Positions 1 through 13,227 of a stretch of DNA of 64,000 nt are shown one piece after another. Source of the DNA: Tricharina praecox (lineage: Eukaryota). The DNA lies in the NCBI RefSeq assembly GCF_024521635.1, contig NW_026250407.1:868001-932000 (forward strand), given 5' to 3'. A program made the position numbers and the translations under genes. How positions within the stretch are numbered: position 1 is the stretch's first letter; every line of letters begins with the position of its first letter. A model generated the notes under the pieces. The model was not told where the DNA came from, did not search any database, and worked only from the letters and a program-made list of their open reading frames with translations.

Positions 1-2202
1 GGTTGTCTTCTCAGCTCAGCTCCAGGTGAGACACGGATGCAGATGCTGTTGGTTTCTACGGGGCGAATTGCAGGGCAAGAATGGGGACAAAGCGGGATAT
101 GTAGGTGCGAGGAGATGTTGTTGTTCGTATGGGGGCCGGTGATATGGGGTATGATGGGGTTACAAGGGAGGATGAGGATGAGGATAGGAATTGAGGGTTT
201 CAACGGACCTGTAGCGGGGCGGGTTCTTATAGAAGCCTGTTGTATTGGCGTGGTATGAGGGGATGGCAGCTGTGTTGGTGGTGGTGGTGGAGTGGTGGTG
301 GTTGCAGTTGTGGAGAGAGTTAGAGGAGGAGGGGAGAGAGTTAACGGCGATGACTCTTTTTTTTATTCGGTTGGCCAGAGTGCTCTAGCTGGCTGGCATC
401 AATGGGATTGAGGTTTTGTGGAGGTGAAAAACGAGCAAAACACCAGCCACAGCGCAAGAAATTCGAACAGTCAGAACCTGCGGGGGGTGGGGGGGCAGGT
501 CGCAGGCATCTGAGATCTCGCCTCTTCTGCTTTTGTCACCCGTGAGATTTTTCTGTCTAGGTTTTTTTCTCTTTCTTTTTTTTCTTTTTTTCTTTTTTTC
601 TTTCGGATATAGGCCATGCTCCATATGGACGGACGGCCAATCGCCGTGGCTGCCGAGTGCTGATTCCCCGCCTTTTCGCATCGATAGGGCTAGGTTAGGT
701 TCCCCATGCACGGAGCACGTACATATCGTAAAGTGTTCGCTATTTGTGGCTGTCGTGTGTCTCTGTCTCTTCTGCAGGACCCAGGTGGGATACCTGCCAC
801 CGTGCTGATGAGAGAACGCGATACATATGGTTACCCAAGTCAGTCCTGTACTCTGCCGTAGAGTATCGTACATACTCCACAGATCCCCTTCCGGCGTGTC
901 GGCGTCCATAAGGGCCAGCTCCATCCTGCTCCTGGGTCCCGCCCCTGTAGATGGACGATGCGCTGGGCGGGTAGAGTAGGTACTTGCTTATGTGGTTATG
1001 TACCTACATCCAACCCCTGGGGAGTGGGGACAGCCTCTGCGCAAAGGCGAACATATGTAGGTACGCCACGCTGCGGACAACCCAATCCAATCATATGTAG
1101 AGACAGAGTGCGGATCCGCCTTGAACCGTAGGTGTCTCCATACATATTCCCCTCTGGATGCCTCGCCTCGCAACATCAGCTCCCGTGCAGATGTTGGTGA
1201 TCGAACAGAGCAGGTCTACCAGGCGAGGGTGCGTGGAAACTGGAAAGTACGGTAGGTAACAGGTATGAGGTATAAGGTGTGTACCTACTTTTACTCACCC
1301 ACTACGTAGGAACTATTCTAGCTCAGGCACCGACGTGGGCACAGCAATAGTCACGGTACGACGGCAATGGGCATAGGCGGATGTCGCGAGTGAGCATGCG
1401 ATGAGCTCCTGTGGCTGGTGCAATGGCCCCGCACTGCGCAGTGTCAATCCCGAGGATAATCTCCTCCTCCTCCAAGGCCCATGGCCCCAGTAAAACTCCT
1501 CGTCGCGGATCGCCGGTGGGCACTCTATGCATCATGAAAAGAAAAAGAAAGAAGAAGAGAAAAAAACCCCAGCTGTGTGTCCGATCAGTGAGAACGCTGT
1601 TTGTTCTGCAGCCCATCGCGAGATGCTTGCAACTTGCACCGCTTACAAACTGCGGCTCGCGCTAACCAGACTTAGTTCCAAATACGGTGCGGCCAAGAAG
1701 GTTTTACAAAATCCCAACTCGTGTGTAATAATTACTAATCCGCGCAAGTTTCCAAGCCTCACAACTGGCGCCGAGGATGCGCATAACCCACTGCCGAAGT
1801 CCCGGTCCGTGTCGATTGAGCTCGGCATGTAGAGTGAGTGCGCTTCGTACCTTGCTCGTGTGCTCACCCTGTGTCGCTGCCACCGGGTGAGCCTGTCTGT
1901 CTGTGCGACACTAGGCATATCCGGCCCGGTCATTCGAGAATCACTCGCTCAACCGTTCGTAAAGTGGTTTGTCCCGCCATTTGCCCTGTAACCGGTCCGT
2001 CCAGCGGTTTATGTAGCAGTCCGGATCCGACCAACACCCCACCCCATCGTGCAGACCTGAATGACCTCGGTTGTAACCCGCTAAAGCGTCGCGAGAGGAA
2101 CCCACTACATACATACAAGCTCCCAGATATATCCGTCTTAAACCATTGAACGAAACAAAACTCCAACAGGACACCCAAACGCCCAGCCCAGCCCACGCGA
2201 CC

Positions 2203-3200
2203 CTAACCGGACTCAACAGTCTTCGCCCTTTTCGGTAGATCCACCATTTCCACGTCATCTCCGACGGGCGTAGCCCGCCTCTTCGTCCCGACGGCCGGGG
2301 TATCGGCGGGCTTGGATCTCTGGGCGGCGCCGAGTCCTTCCACGAGCGGTGCTGCCGGCTGTGTTTTTGCCGTATCCATCTCCTCCTTCTCCTCCGCCTC
2401 CTTGACTTTCCCAGCGTGACTATCACCCTCATACACCGGCTGCTCAAACAGCTCACACGTCTTCAGGTCGAGGTAATAGACCTCCCCAGTCGGGGCCTCC
2501 ATAATCGTCAATCTTGGATGCAGCCCAGGCATCGGCGGCAACTCCTTAACCTTCGTCAGCAGCGGAGTTTTTTCGCCTCGCCAGGCTGCTCGTACGACCT
2601 CTCCCTCTCCCTCTCCCTCTCCCTCTCCCTCCCACATCTCCGCCGCCACATCCACCTCCTCCAGCATGCTGCGCATGTACTTCCGCACATTCCTATTCCT
2701 CCTGGAGACGAGGTCCTGGGCCACATCCACGGGGAGGACGTACACGCGGACGAGCGCATTCGGCGTGCGCGGCAGCGCGGGCAGCGCTGGTCGAGCGAAA
2801 ACCTCCGGGGCGGTGGAGAACATGCGGTAAGTGCAGCGCACGAGGTGCAGCGTGGCGAGCATGTACAGATCGTAGGCGACGCCCTCGATGCGCCGCGGCT
2901 TCTGTGCGGGGAGCTCAAGCCAGTGCCAGTCGTCGGGCGCGGTGGGGCCCGGCCCCGCCATTGAGGATAATGTCAGCGAAACGGTGCCGACGCCGATGTA
3001 GTTGCTCAGGTCGTTGAGTGTGCTGATGGCGCTGAGGAACCATGGGTCCGCTGTGGCCTAGTGGGGTAGGGGGGGTTAGTTGATGTGTATGTATGTATAA
3101 TTCGGATATGGGTATAGTCACGCACTTGGTTGTCCGTGTCCATGGTCCGTCTCGAGGCACGGTTGTTTGTTGACTTGCCGCTCCTGGTTTTGGGAGCCAT
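2203..3200 (-). CDS. Hypothetical protein (~309 aa, 2 exons) resembling the N-terminal region of fungal F-box/SNF2 helicase proteins, without the helicase
   Basis: Exon 1 is 3200-3126 (MAPKTRSGK...DNQ). A GTGCGT...CTAAC...TAG intron follows. Exon 2 (3057-2203) is in frame with the 252-aa ORF. Motifs RVYVLPVDV and LHPRL..PTG..YY.D. Confidence 0.65.
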
Positions 3201-3883
3201 GGTGGTGTGTATGTAGATATATGGCGGCGTCACGTTGGGAGCCGGGGCGAATATTCGATATGTACGAGATTGCTCGTGATCTTTGAGCGCAAGTTGACTG
3301 GAGCCGAAAGGGCGGGTTGGTTGGTTGGTGGGTGGGTTAGAGGTTGAGGTCGAGGTGAAGTGTGGATCCTACACAAAACTGTTGTACCGACGCGCTCTTT
3401 ATACACAGCTTCCAGCTCCTGTCGGTCCTGTCGGAGAGAGCAGATGATCTGATGCCGCTGTAGATGCGCTCTAAAATTATCTGCGTGCTGGAGTTCAGCC
3501 AATGCGAATAATCACCGCAATGGCAGGTTTCTTTAATAAAGAGTGTCCAGCCTCCATATGATCTAGGTACTGCGCCGTATGTATGGGATTGGGTTGGGTT
3601 CGACGAGCAGTGGCTTTGCGCTGGTTACTCGCTGGTCACTGGCGCGGATCAGCCACATCTACACAAGCGTGCTCAATAGACTTCTGCATGAAGGCAAGAC
3701 GAGACCATTGGATTGGACCAGGGTGCTGTGGCGCACTACTCTAGTTATTTTGCTGCTGCGACAAAATTATTTCTCCAGTCAACTTTGCTTCTACAATCTC
3801 AACAGCGAGCGAATCCTCAACCCCACCACTCCCCGCAGCCACCACCACAATCCCACTGAACCTCTCCCGTCCTCACCTTCGCA

Positions 3884-5579
3884 ATGGTCCACCCCAGTAA
3901 GCAACCCCCCCTCCCCCGCGCCTTCATTATCTGACCACTTGAAAAAAAACTATAGAAAGAAAGTCTAAACGAGTGCCTGTGCGGCTGCGACACAAAATAG
4001 AAAAGCGCAGCGCAGAGAAGCAGCGGAAGGAGCGGAAGCACGCGAAGAAGCATCCGGAACTGCACCGCAAGAAGCCCGCCGCCTTGAACATCCCCAACAG
4101 CTTCCCCTACAAGGACCAGATCCTGTCCGAGATCGAGGAGGCTAGGAGGGTCAAGGCCGAGGAACAGCAGAAGCGCAGAGAGCAGGCGAAGTTGCGCAAG
4201 CTGGAGCTTAAGGGTGCCGATGCCGATGCTATGAAGGATGTGGATGAGGAGGAGGATGAGGAGGAGGACGAGGATAGCGAGGGCGACGACGAGATGGACG
4301 TCTCGGAGAGCGAGGATGAAGAGGTAGGAGATATTGCGGTTCACCCTGGGGCTTATGATTGCGTGCTGACAGGGCTCTACAGAAGGGAGGAAACAGTGCC
4401 ATGGCGGCTTTGCTAGCTTCGGCTCGGGCACGCGCAGTCGAGTACGAGGAGAAGCACGGCGACACGAGTGACGAGGAGGACGGCGAATCGGAGCAATTCC
4501 AGCGAGGAAACAAGGACACTTCGCGGAGATCGTTCGACAAGATGTTCAAGCAGGTTGTCGACTCCGCCGATGTTGTTCTCTACGTGCTCGATGCCCGCGA
4601 CCCAATGGGTACCCGTTCGCGCGAGGTCGAGAGACAGGTCATGTCGATGGACGGAGGAGAGAAGCGGTTAATTCTCATCTTGAACAAGATCGATCTCGTA
4701 CCGCCACCAGTACTGAAGGGATGGTTGACTTATCTGCGCCGATCCTTCCCCACACTACCCCTTAAGGCCAGCAATGGCGCACCGAACGCACAATCTTTTG
4801 ACCACAAGGCCTTGACGGTGCAGGGAACCGCAAGTGCTCTCCTGGCTGCGCTCAAGTCGTTCGCGCACTCCAAGCAGCTGAAGCGATCTGTCACCGTCGG
4901 TGTCATCGGATACCCCAACGTCGGAAAGTCATCGGTCATCAACGCCCTTACCGGTCGTCTTGGTGGATCGGCAGCTGCATGCCCCACCGGTGCCGAGGCC
5001 GGTGTCACCACCAGTCTGCGCGAGGTGAAATTGGACAAGAAGCTTAAGATCCTGGATTCGCCCGGTATCGTTTTCCCTAGCACGGACGGCGCCAAGGGCC
5101 CGAAGGCGGACGAACAGGCTCGTCTCGTCCTTCTGAATGCGGTGCCGCCGAAACAGATCGATGATCCCACCGGAGCCGTGCAATTGTTGATCAAAAGATT
5201 CTCGACGTCCGAGACGCTTTTCCAGAAGCTGCTTGACGTCTACGGAATACCTCCTCTGCCAAATATTTCTCTCAGCGAACTTACAAAGAGCTTCCTGATC
5301 GAGGTAGCGAGGAAACGGGGTCGGCTAGGAAAGGGTGGTGTGCCGCATATTCACAGCGCTGCGATTGCCGTCATCATGGACTGGCGAGATGGAAGGATAC
5401 AGGGTTGGGTTGATCCTCCGCTTGCCACGGCTGCTGCCACCGCCGGTATCAAGGCTGCTTCCTCTGGCACCATCGAGGCGGATCAGAAGGAGGTTGTGAG
5501 CCAGTGGATGGAGGAGTTCAAGCTGGAAGGATTGGATGGGTATGATGACGAGACAATTGAGGTGGAGATGGAGGGTTGA
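3884..5579 (+). CDS. NUG1: Nucleolar circularly permuted GTPase (Nug1/GNL3/nucleostemin family)
   Basis: N-terminal GN3L basic region (KSKRVPVRLRHKIEK, IPNSFPYKD), LDARDP, NKID, G1 GYPNVGKSS, G3 DSPG. Introns near 3897-3955 and 4323-4382. Confidence 0.95.
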
Positions 5580-5847
5580 TCTTTTCTTTGGCTCCATTAA
5601 AAAAAAGTACTCTGTTTTGTATGGGATGGCGCCAATGATTTGCATTTTACTGTACCTATCGGATCTATGTCAAGTACACCTCTAATCGACCTGTGCGATT
5701 AATCTGTGAGAAGTAACTGTTGGTGCTACTGCAAAACCTTTATGTCTACAGATGTCCTCACTCGCTCACTCGGTATATTTTTCTGGGCCGTGTACTCCCC
5801 ATAAGATGGGTTGGTTCTGTTGTCGTCCCGTAGTCTATTCCCTCCAC

Positions 5848-6807
5848 CTACTTCCCCAGCACTCTTTTCGTAACTGTCCTGGGCATACAATACACAGGAT
5901 CAATCTCGTCCAATCCCTCGTAGCCCAGCAAACTCAACCCGGCGATGCCAAAGTGCGTATGAAAGACATCCACCATATTCCCCGGGCGATCCGCAAACCC
6001 GCCACCCTCCTCATCCTGACACTTCAGAATAAACGCCACGAGCCTATCCCTATCGATCCAATGCAAGCGCCCAATGACCGCCAGCGAGCTCAGCACCCAC
6101 CAGCCGTAGCACACATCCTCCAGCTTCTCGGGGCGTCCATTCAGCCCTCCATTCGGCAGCTGGCGCTCACACAGCCAGTCGCCGAGCAGGTCCGCATCGA
6201 GATCGTCCAGGCGACCCGCGATCGCTAGCGCGCCCACACACGTAAAGATCAGCCCGGCGTGGCTCTCCGCGCCGGGGCTCATGCCGAAGCCGCCGTCGTG
6301 GTTGCGGCAGCGCAGCACGTAGTCGACTGCCGCGTCCACATTGATGGCGTCCAAGCGCCCCAGCAGCGAGAGTGCGTTCAGCGCCCCGTAGAGGAACCGT
6401 GTGTCGGTCTCACCCCATTGGTCGCCAAAGAATACACCGCTGGGCTGCTGTAGGCTAGCGATCCATGAGGCGGTCGTGGCTATGGGGATCGTGTCCAGTG
6501 CGTCCACTGTTGCGAGGATCTGGATCGCGCTGACCGTGTATAGAAGGTGGGCGTCGTGCCCTGGCGAGGCGCCGAAGCCGCCGGAGGGGTGCAAGCAGGA
6601 CTGCACGAAGGATATGGTTTCGGCGCGGGGGAGGGCGGTCGGGTGGTGCAGGAGGTGGAGGGCGGTGAGGCCCCAGTAGACGCCTGAGAGGCGGAGGTGT
6701 TCGGTTAGCCAGTAGTCTAGACTGTCTTTGTGGATGTCGAGGGATTGAATGTAGGCGACGTGCTTCGAGGCATGGAGTTTTGGGGTTGTGGAGGCTGGTG
6801 TTGACAT
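5848..6807 (-). CDS. BET2: Rab geranylgeranyltransferase (type II) beta subunit
   Basis: Intronless 319-aa ORF with prenyltransferase repeats: EHLRLSGVYWGL, GETDTRF, GGLNGRPEKLEDVCYGWW, DRPGNMVDVFHT. Confidence 0.96.
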   Translation of the reverse strand: MSTPASTTPKLHASKHVAYIQSLDIHKDSLDYWLTEHLRLSGVYWGLTALHLLHHPTALPRAETISFVQSCLHPSGGFGASPGHDAHLLYTVSAIQILATVDALDTIPIATTASWIASLQQPSGVFFGDQWGETDTRFLYGALNALSLLGRLDAINVDAAVDYVLRCRNHDGGFGMSPGAESHAGLIFTCVGALAIAGRLDDLDADLLGDWLCERQLPNGGLNGRPEKLEDVCYGWWVLSSLAVIGRLHWIDRDRLVAFILKCQDEEGGGFADRPGNMVDVFHTHFGIAGLSLLGYEGLDEIDPVYCMPRTVTKRVLGK

Positions 6808-7015
6808 CTTGTTGGTGAGGTGTGTGTGAGGTGCCGGTGGAGCTGGGTCACAAGCAAGCTATGAGACATCACCAGGCAGATGTCCCGCCTTCTCTTATCG
6901 AGCCCCGCACGTTCTTGGCGGGTTGCTTATCCGAATCAACCATCACTCGCAATCGTCTTTTTTTGGATTCCCCAGATGACCCAGATCTACCTAAGCATAA
7001 TCTACGTGCAAGTGT

Positions 7016-10000
7016 CTACTCAACGTTGGTAAACTCGTACCTCGGGTTACCAGGCTCAGCACCCTCGGCCAGTGGCGGCAGCGTTTCAACGACCTCTCCA
7101 TCCACAGTCTTGCCAGTCTTTCCACCCTCGTCGACAACGACAATGGCCACATTCTTAGCGCCGGTAAGCCTCTTGAGACCGGGCACCATGCCCTTCAGTG
7201 TCTCCACCTCGTTGAAAGCCAGCTTGCGGTTGAAGACCGTATCGGGCGACTCCGATTGAAGCCTCTTCTTGAGACCCTGCACGAACGGCATAGCCTTCTT
7301 CATCTCTCCCATTTTCGACACCTTTGCGCTGAGCTCCTTGTCATTGACGGAGAGCGTGACCTTGTCGAAGGCCTCACGCACAAGGTCGATGTACTTCTCC
7401 TGCCAGCCAGGGTATCCCAGAGCGACATAGACGGCGAGCTGCTTGGCTTTCTTGGGGTCATAGGTGGTTCCCTTGCCCTTCGCCTTCTTCTTGAGCTGTG
7501 CGGCCTCGGTCGACGTGACGCTGCTGTTGACGTTGTGCACGTAGTTTCTGGCAGCCGTGAGGGCCGCAGAGATGGGCGCAGAAGCCTTGGGGAACAGCTC
7601 GTTTTGGACCGTGGTAGTCTATATTCTTGTGAGTTTTCCCTTGTCATTGAACTTTTGAAAGTATTATAATACCTTCTTGAAAAGCTCCTGCCAGACGTAT
7701 TCAGCCCAGTGAGGGGCGATAGGGTTCAGCATGAGAGCTTGGTTCTTGATCCAGTCCAGAACCAAGTCCTTGTGCATTCCGCCGATGGCGGCTGTAGCCT
7801 CACGGTAGGTATCTCTTGCGGCCTGGAACTCGTAGAAACCGGTTTTGAGGGCAAGCTTGTATGAGGTCCTACAGAAATTAGCTCAGTGCCATCACCCTTG
7901 GTGATAATGTATAAATACCCGGCGTAATGCTCCTTGGTAGCTTCAATGAGCTCGTTCATTTCGTTCTCGAAGATCTGGTCCCAGAAAGAGTCCTTGGGGC
8001 CAGTTCTCAGCTTGCCAGCATCCGCCTCCTTGACAATCTCCTCACACCATTCCTTCAAAGTGTACCTAGCAAATCGTCAGAAAAGCTCCTGCAACCTGGA
8101 CGCACGAGAACATACAGTCTGAGAATAGCCGCGTTTGCGACCTTCTCCTCAAAGTTGGCATCCTCAACACCATCACCGGCATCTGCAAAAGCAATTCTAG
8201 CAGCATCGGCACCGAACTTCTCCACAGTCTCACTGAGCGTCAAGAAATTTCCAGTACTTTTGCTCATCTTGTCACCGTTAAGCATGAGATGACCGTTGGC
8301 ACGGATACCCGTCGGCCAGTACTGCGGTGGGAAGATCGCGACGTGGATGTAAAGGAAGAATGTAAGATGATTCTGAATAAGATCCTTGCCCGAAACATTG
8401 ACGTCCAGAGGGTAGAAGTACTGGAACTCGCGTTGCATCTTCTCCAACCAGTCCATGGGCAAGTTGTACTTCTCAATGATCTCCTTGGGGAGCTCACGCT
8501 GGCAGAAGAGGTAGTCCCAGACCTCATCCGCCATCTGATCTGCCGAGATACCGGAGAGACCAGGTGCCTTGCCGTCGATCGAGCCGTGGAGGTAGTGTGC
8601 AATAGTGTAGTATGCCATGTACACCGTAGAGTCGGACAAACTCTCGACCAAGAACTGGGGGTCCCAGGGGAGCTTGCTACCAAGGCCGTAGGATCTTGCG
8701 CACGCCCACTGGTTGAGCCACGCGAGGTTCGCTATCAGTCCGTTCTTAGTCTCGGGGTGGTACGAGTTCAATTTACCAGCTACGAGGCTCTCGGTTTTCG
8801 CACGCCACTCCTTCTCTCCGTAATCGAGGTACCACTGGTCTAGAAGGGCGACAATGCAAACGTCTCCGGAGCGGGAGGTGACGGCTCCTTCGGGCTCGGC
8901 ATAGGCAAACGCCAAGCCGCTCTTGAAGAGCTGCTCCCGAACTTTGGGCTTTGCGACCTCTACCTTCTCGCCAGCGAAGTCCCCAACCAACATGATTCCC
9001 TGGTAAAAACCTTCCTTGTATGCGAGTTCTTTGGCCTCAGCCAGCTGCTTAGCATCCTTGGGAGAGTTGATCTTGAGCTTCTTGACCAGGAACTCGGCGG
9101 TCTTGTCACCGTATGAAGGCGTCTTGATGATGGGCGGAATTTCTAGCTCTGCCCACTCCTTCTTGATCTTGTAGAACTCGGCCTTCTTTGCTAGATCCAT
9201 AACGGTGGCATAATCGTCGGGGGAGTCGGAAGGCACGGAGGTAACCACGCCGGTTCCCTTGGTGGCAAGGACAGTCTCCATGGGCAAAACACGAACACCC
9301 TCTGTGTGAACCGAAAGCGGAGCCGAGACGAGGGTTCCAACCAGAGCTTTTCCTTGGACGTTGGCAACGCAAGGGAACTTGCCCTCCTCGGGGAAGATCT
9401 TCTGGTAGGCCATGTTGCGGGCCGCACGCTCCGTGCACAAGTAAAACTCGGTCTCCGAAACCTGGAAAATTCCGTAGGTGATGGTAGGTCCAACAAAACA
9501 GCAAGTCTGACCGTACCTAGAGGGCATAAGCTGACAATCAAATGACCAGAAGTGCTAAGGACTCACATAGTCTCTGGTCGCAGAGTTGCAGCAACCATGT
9601 AGACATTGGCACCGGCCGGTAGCTTGCCCTCGATTTCGGCCTTCGCCTCATCTGCCCACTCCAGAACCTTGATCTTGATTCCAGTGTATTCCTGAGGTCC
9701 GACACCCTCACCATCACTTCTGTCGTGGTCCATACACGGCTGGCCGTCTTTAGGGGAGTAGACCGTGTATCGCTCCCCGTATTTGATTTTTCCGAGCTCC
9801 CGCAGTCTGTTCATCTGCCAGCGCACAAAGGCATCGTAGTATGGATTCGCATCAGTGGTGATCACCGAACGACGCCAGTCGATACGCAGTCCCAGGGAGT
9901 TACAGTCCCTCTTGCACAGAGGAGGGAAGTACGTCAGCCAGTACGGGGGATCGGCGAATTTGTGGATTTCCTCCAGAGGAATCCCGATCGCCTGCATGAT

Positions 10001-10681
10001 CTGGAACTGCCACCGCAGCTTGATAGCCTTCGACGCGGCCTTTCCTTTCTTTGCTGCGAATTTTGTAGGATCTTCCTTTGCGACAGCATTGCTGGGCGGA
10101 GGCGCAGGTTCCTTGTCGGCCTCTTCTTCCACCAAAGCACTGTCGAAATGTTTCCCGAACAATTCAACTTCCCTAAAGTCCATGTCAGCCACAACCTAGG
10201 TGGTGCGGAAATCTTCAAAGCAAGGCATACCGCGCCAACTTGTCGGCGCAAGCCTTGATCGGCATTCCCGTGCAATGGAAACCCAGCGGGAACAGTGCCC
10301 TCTTTCCCTGCATCCTGGCAAAGCCAGTCTGGAACTCGACCTTGCTCAGGGAAAACGAGTGTCCAGCATGGAGAGTACCGTTCATGTACGGGTAGGCCAT
10401 GCAGCTGAAGAATTTAGGGTTTCGCTCGCGCAGCTCATCGGGGTCGGTCGTAGGGTCTTCCGCGAGGGTGGGGGCATCTGTCTCGAATACATGGCTGTCT
10501 TGCCAGTATTTCTGGTATTTTTTTTCGATTGCGATCAGAGCGTCGCGCTTCTCGGTCTACCGTATTGTCCAATCCAATGTAAGTCCTTGGAATGCCTCGT
10601 CACTAGGAGGGGAGGTTTGCGCACATTTTCCAGCTTCAGAGTTGCCTTCGAGGCATTCGCGGGATCGAGAGCGTCGGCCAT
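7016..10681 (-). CDS. CDC60: Cytosolic leucyl-tRNA synthetase (multi-exon)
   Basis: [12 protein letters not shown] (HIGH motif), [24 protein letters not shown] editing domain, KMSKS. Start MADALDPAN at 10681. Several GT-AG introns. Confidence 0.97.
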
Positions 10682-10950
10682 AGCTGATGTGTAATTGCAG
10701 TATTTCCTTTGTGAGGTTGTATTGCAATTCGGGTTTGGTGAGTCAGGATTTCAGATGGAGGGGAAAAGCGATATAACCCCACCAGTGATGGGATGTTACA
10801 CCAGGATGTTAGACGTGGGGCAGAAGAACCAGGGCTGAGTGAGCGAGGTGACAAGTGCGGCTCTTAGGCCCTCTGTTCGTTTCACTTTCTGGTGCAACCA
10901 AAGGAAGGGGACCTGGTCGAAAGCTCTCCCCGCCCACACACGACTCAGCA

Positions 10951-13134
10951 ATGCCTGCCTCACAGTTCTCCTCGGATTCATTGGAATCTCTCCTGAAGAA
11001 TCTGTCAGTAACCGACGATGGCCCCAACCACGAGGAGATTCTCAAACACGCCAATAATGTCCTGAAGTCATCGAAGGGTCACCCGCGTGCTCTCCACACT
11101 AAGGTGGTCGCTCTGCTCAACCTCGACCGACACGAAGATGCGTTGAAAGTATTCACCAGTCCCGACGGCCAGAAGATTGCCGAGACGACGATTCTCGAAC
11201 GCGCATACTGCCTGTACAAGGTCGGAAAGCTACAGGAAGCTGTGGAGTTGGCGCAGAAAGGCGGTCAGGACTCCAGAGGATTACAACACATCGCCGCACA
11301 AGCTGTTAGTCCACTCTCATCCATTCCGTCAGCGTTGGCGGAAATTACGAACGTCCTCATGCTTAGTTTACTAGTATTACCGATTGGAGAACTTTGAAGA
11401 GGTCACGCGGATCCTCAAGTCGCTGGCGGAGACACCCTACGAGATTCCAAATGAAGACGGAGACCTGCGAGTCAATGCTGCGGCAACGGATGCACAATTG
11501 GCTTGGAGTGGGAAAGGCGGCCTAGTCAGCAACAAGAAACCATCGAGAGAAGACTTTGACGTGTTTGAGGCCACTTTCAATGCCGCCTGTATCTGTCTTG
11601 CTACCAATAAGTTCGGTCAAGCTGCGGTGCTGCTGAAGCGGGCAAGACGTACGAATACTACCTCCCCGGGGATCTCTTGGCACGACTGACCGCCTATCAT
11701 GTAGAGTTATGCAACGATCTCGAGGATCTTACTCCCGAGGAGAAGGAGCTGGAATTGGAGCCCGTTAATGTGCAGGAAATCTACCTGTTGGCAAGAACCG
11801 GACAGCTTGAACGTGCGAAGGAGCTGGCGGCCAGCTTTGACGCTAACAGGTATGACCTGTTCCATCTATCCCTCCCGGTCTATGCTAACACTGTGTGTCA
11901 GTGTCGAGGACGAGGCTATTAAAGTCATCGCTACAATCAATAAGATCGCTGTCGAGGCACAGGGAGAGGACTACAACCCATACCTTGCATTCAAGAACTA
12001 TACTGAAGCTACGAAAAATGCCACATCGCTCGCAGCCCGGCCTTTTGGCTTCCAATCGAAGATCCTGAAGCTGGATGAGGCGATACTGGACCTCGACGCT
12101 GGCAAGTCCAACGCTTCCCAGTCCAAGGCCACCGAATACCACAACCTTTACCCAACCGACAAGAGTGTCAATGTTATCAATGCGGCTGCTCAGACTGTAA
12201 ACAAGACCGGCAAAGAGGTAACCACGAAGATCGAGCAGATGTTTGAAGCTAACTCCGTCGATGTCGGATTGGCTCTCACATTAATCCAACTTCGCATGAG
12301 CACTGGAAACATCACGGGATCAATCAGCACACTGGAGCTACTATTCAGCAAACTTGAGCCAGAAAAGCGCTATCAGCCTGGCCTTGTAGGACTACTGGTG
12401 GCCTTGTACGAACACCAAGGGCGGAAGCAACATGTGAGGAAGATGTTGTCTGAAGCCAGTGAGTGGTGGAAGCAGTCTTCGCAACCAGTATGTCCATTTG
12501 TCCGTATTACATGAACTCATTCTAACGTTGTCTCCAGAACACTGCGGTTCTTCGCGCCGCCGCCAAGTCTAAGCTCGAATCCGAGAACACCGCCGAGCTC
12601 ACCTCAGCTGGAGAGCTGTACTCCACTCTCCTTGCCGCGAATCCCTCGGACCGTAACGCGGTTGCCGGACTGGTCGCCTCGTACGCCACGACGGATCCTT
12701 CGAAAGTATCCAGTTATGCGGACACATTGACGCCGGTCGAGAAACTCATCGCTGGCGTAGACGTTTCTGCTCTCGAATCCTTCGGTGTCGCCCAGCCTTC
12801 TCGGAAGCGCGCAGCGGAAGAAGAAGCCATGCCCCTGGTGAAGGCGAAGAAGACCAAGAAAAAGAAGCCCCGCCTCCCACCGAACGCCGATCCTTCGAAG
12901 AAGTTGGATCCTGAGCGTTGGCTGCCAATGCGGGACAGAAGCTACTACAAGCCCAAGGGACGGAAGGGCAAGCAGAAGGTGGCTGCGGCGACGCAGGGTG
13001 GACCGGTGGCGGAAGAGAGCATGGAGCTTACTGGCGGTGGCCGGTTAGATGTCCTCAAGGTTGACCAGGCAAAGAAGGCAGGCGGAGGAGGCCCGGCGAA
13101 CAAAAAGAAGAAGAAGAAGGGCGGCAAGTGGTAG
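10951..13134 (+). CDS. SRP72: Signal recognition particle subunit SRP72 (multi-exon)
   Basis: N-terminal TPR region (KVVALLNLDR, ERAYCLYK) and C-terminal RNA-binding motif PxxxDPERWLPMRDRSYYKPK. Confidence 0.95.
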
Positions 13135-13227
13135 GATTGTTGTGTAGCCAACGCAGCACATTACCCATCATTCAGGGAAACATCTAGACCCAATATAGGT
13201 GTTGCAGTGTGTACGGAAACGATCGGA

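Noticed and set aside
385..1832. Short ORFs containing poly-Lys/poly-Phe
   Set aside because: They derive from poly(T)/poly(A) tracts in a long promoter region and show no coding signature.
8055..8115. Apparent frameshifts or premature stops in CDC60, HUL4, PDK and others
   Set aside because: Those I traced are resolved by canonical GT-AG introns with branch points, so there is no evidence of pseudogenes or programmed frameshifting.
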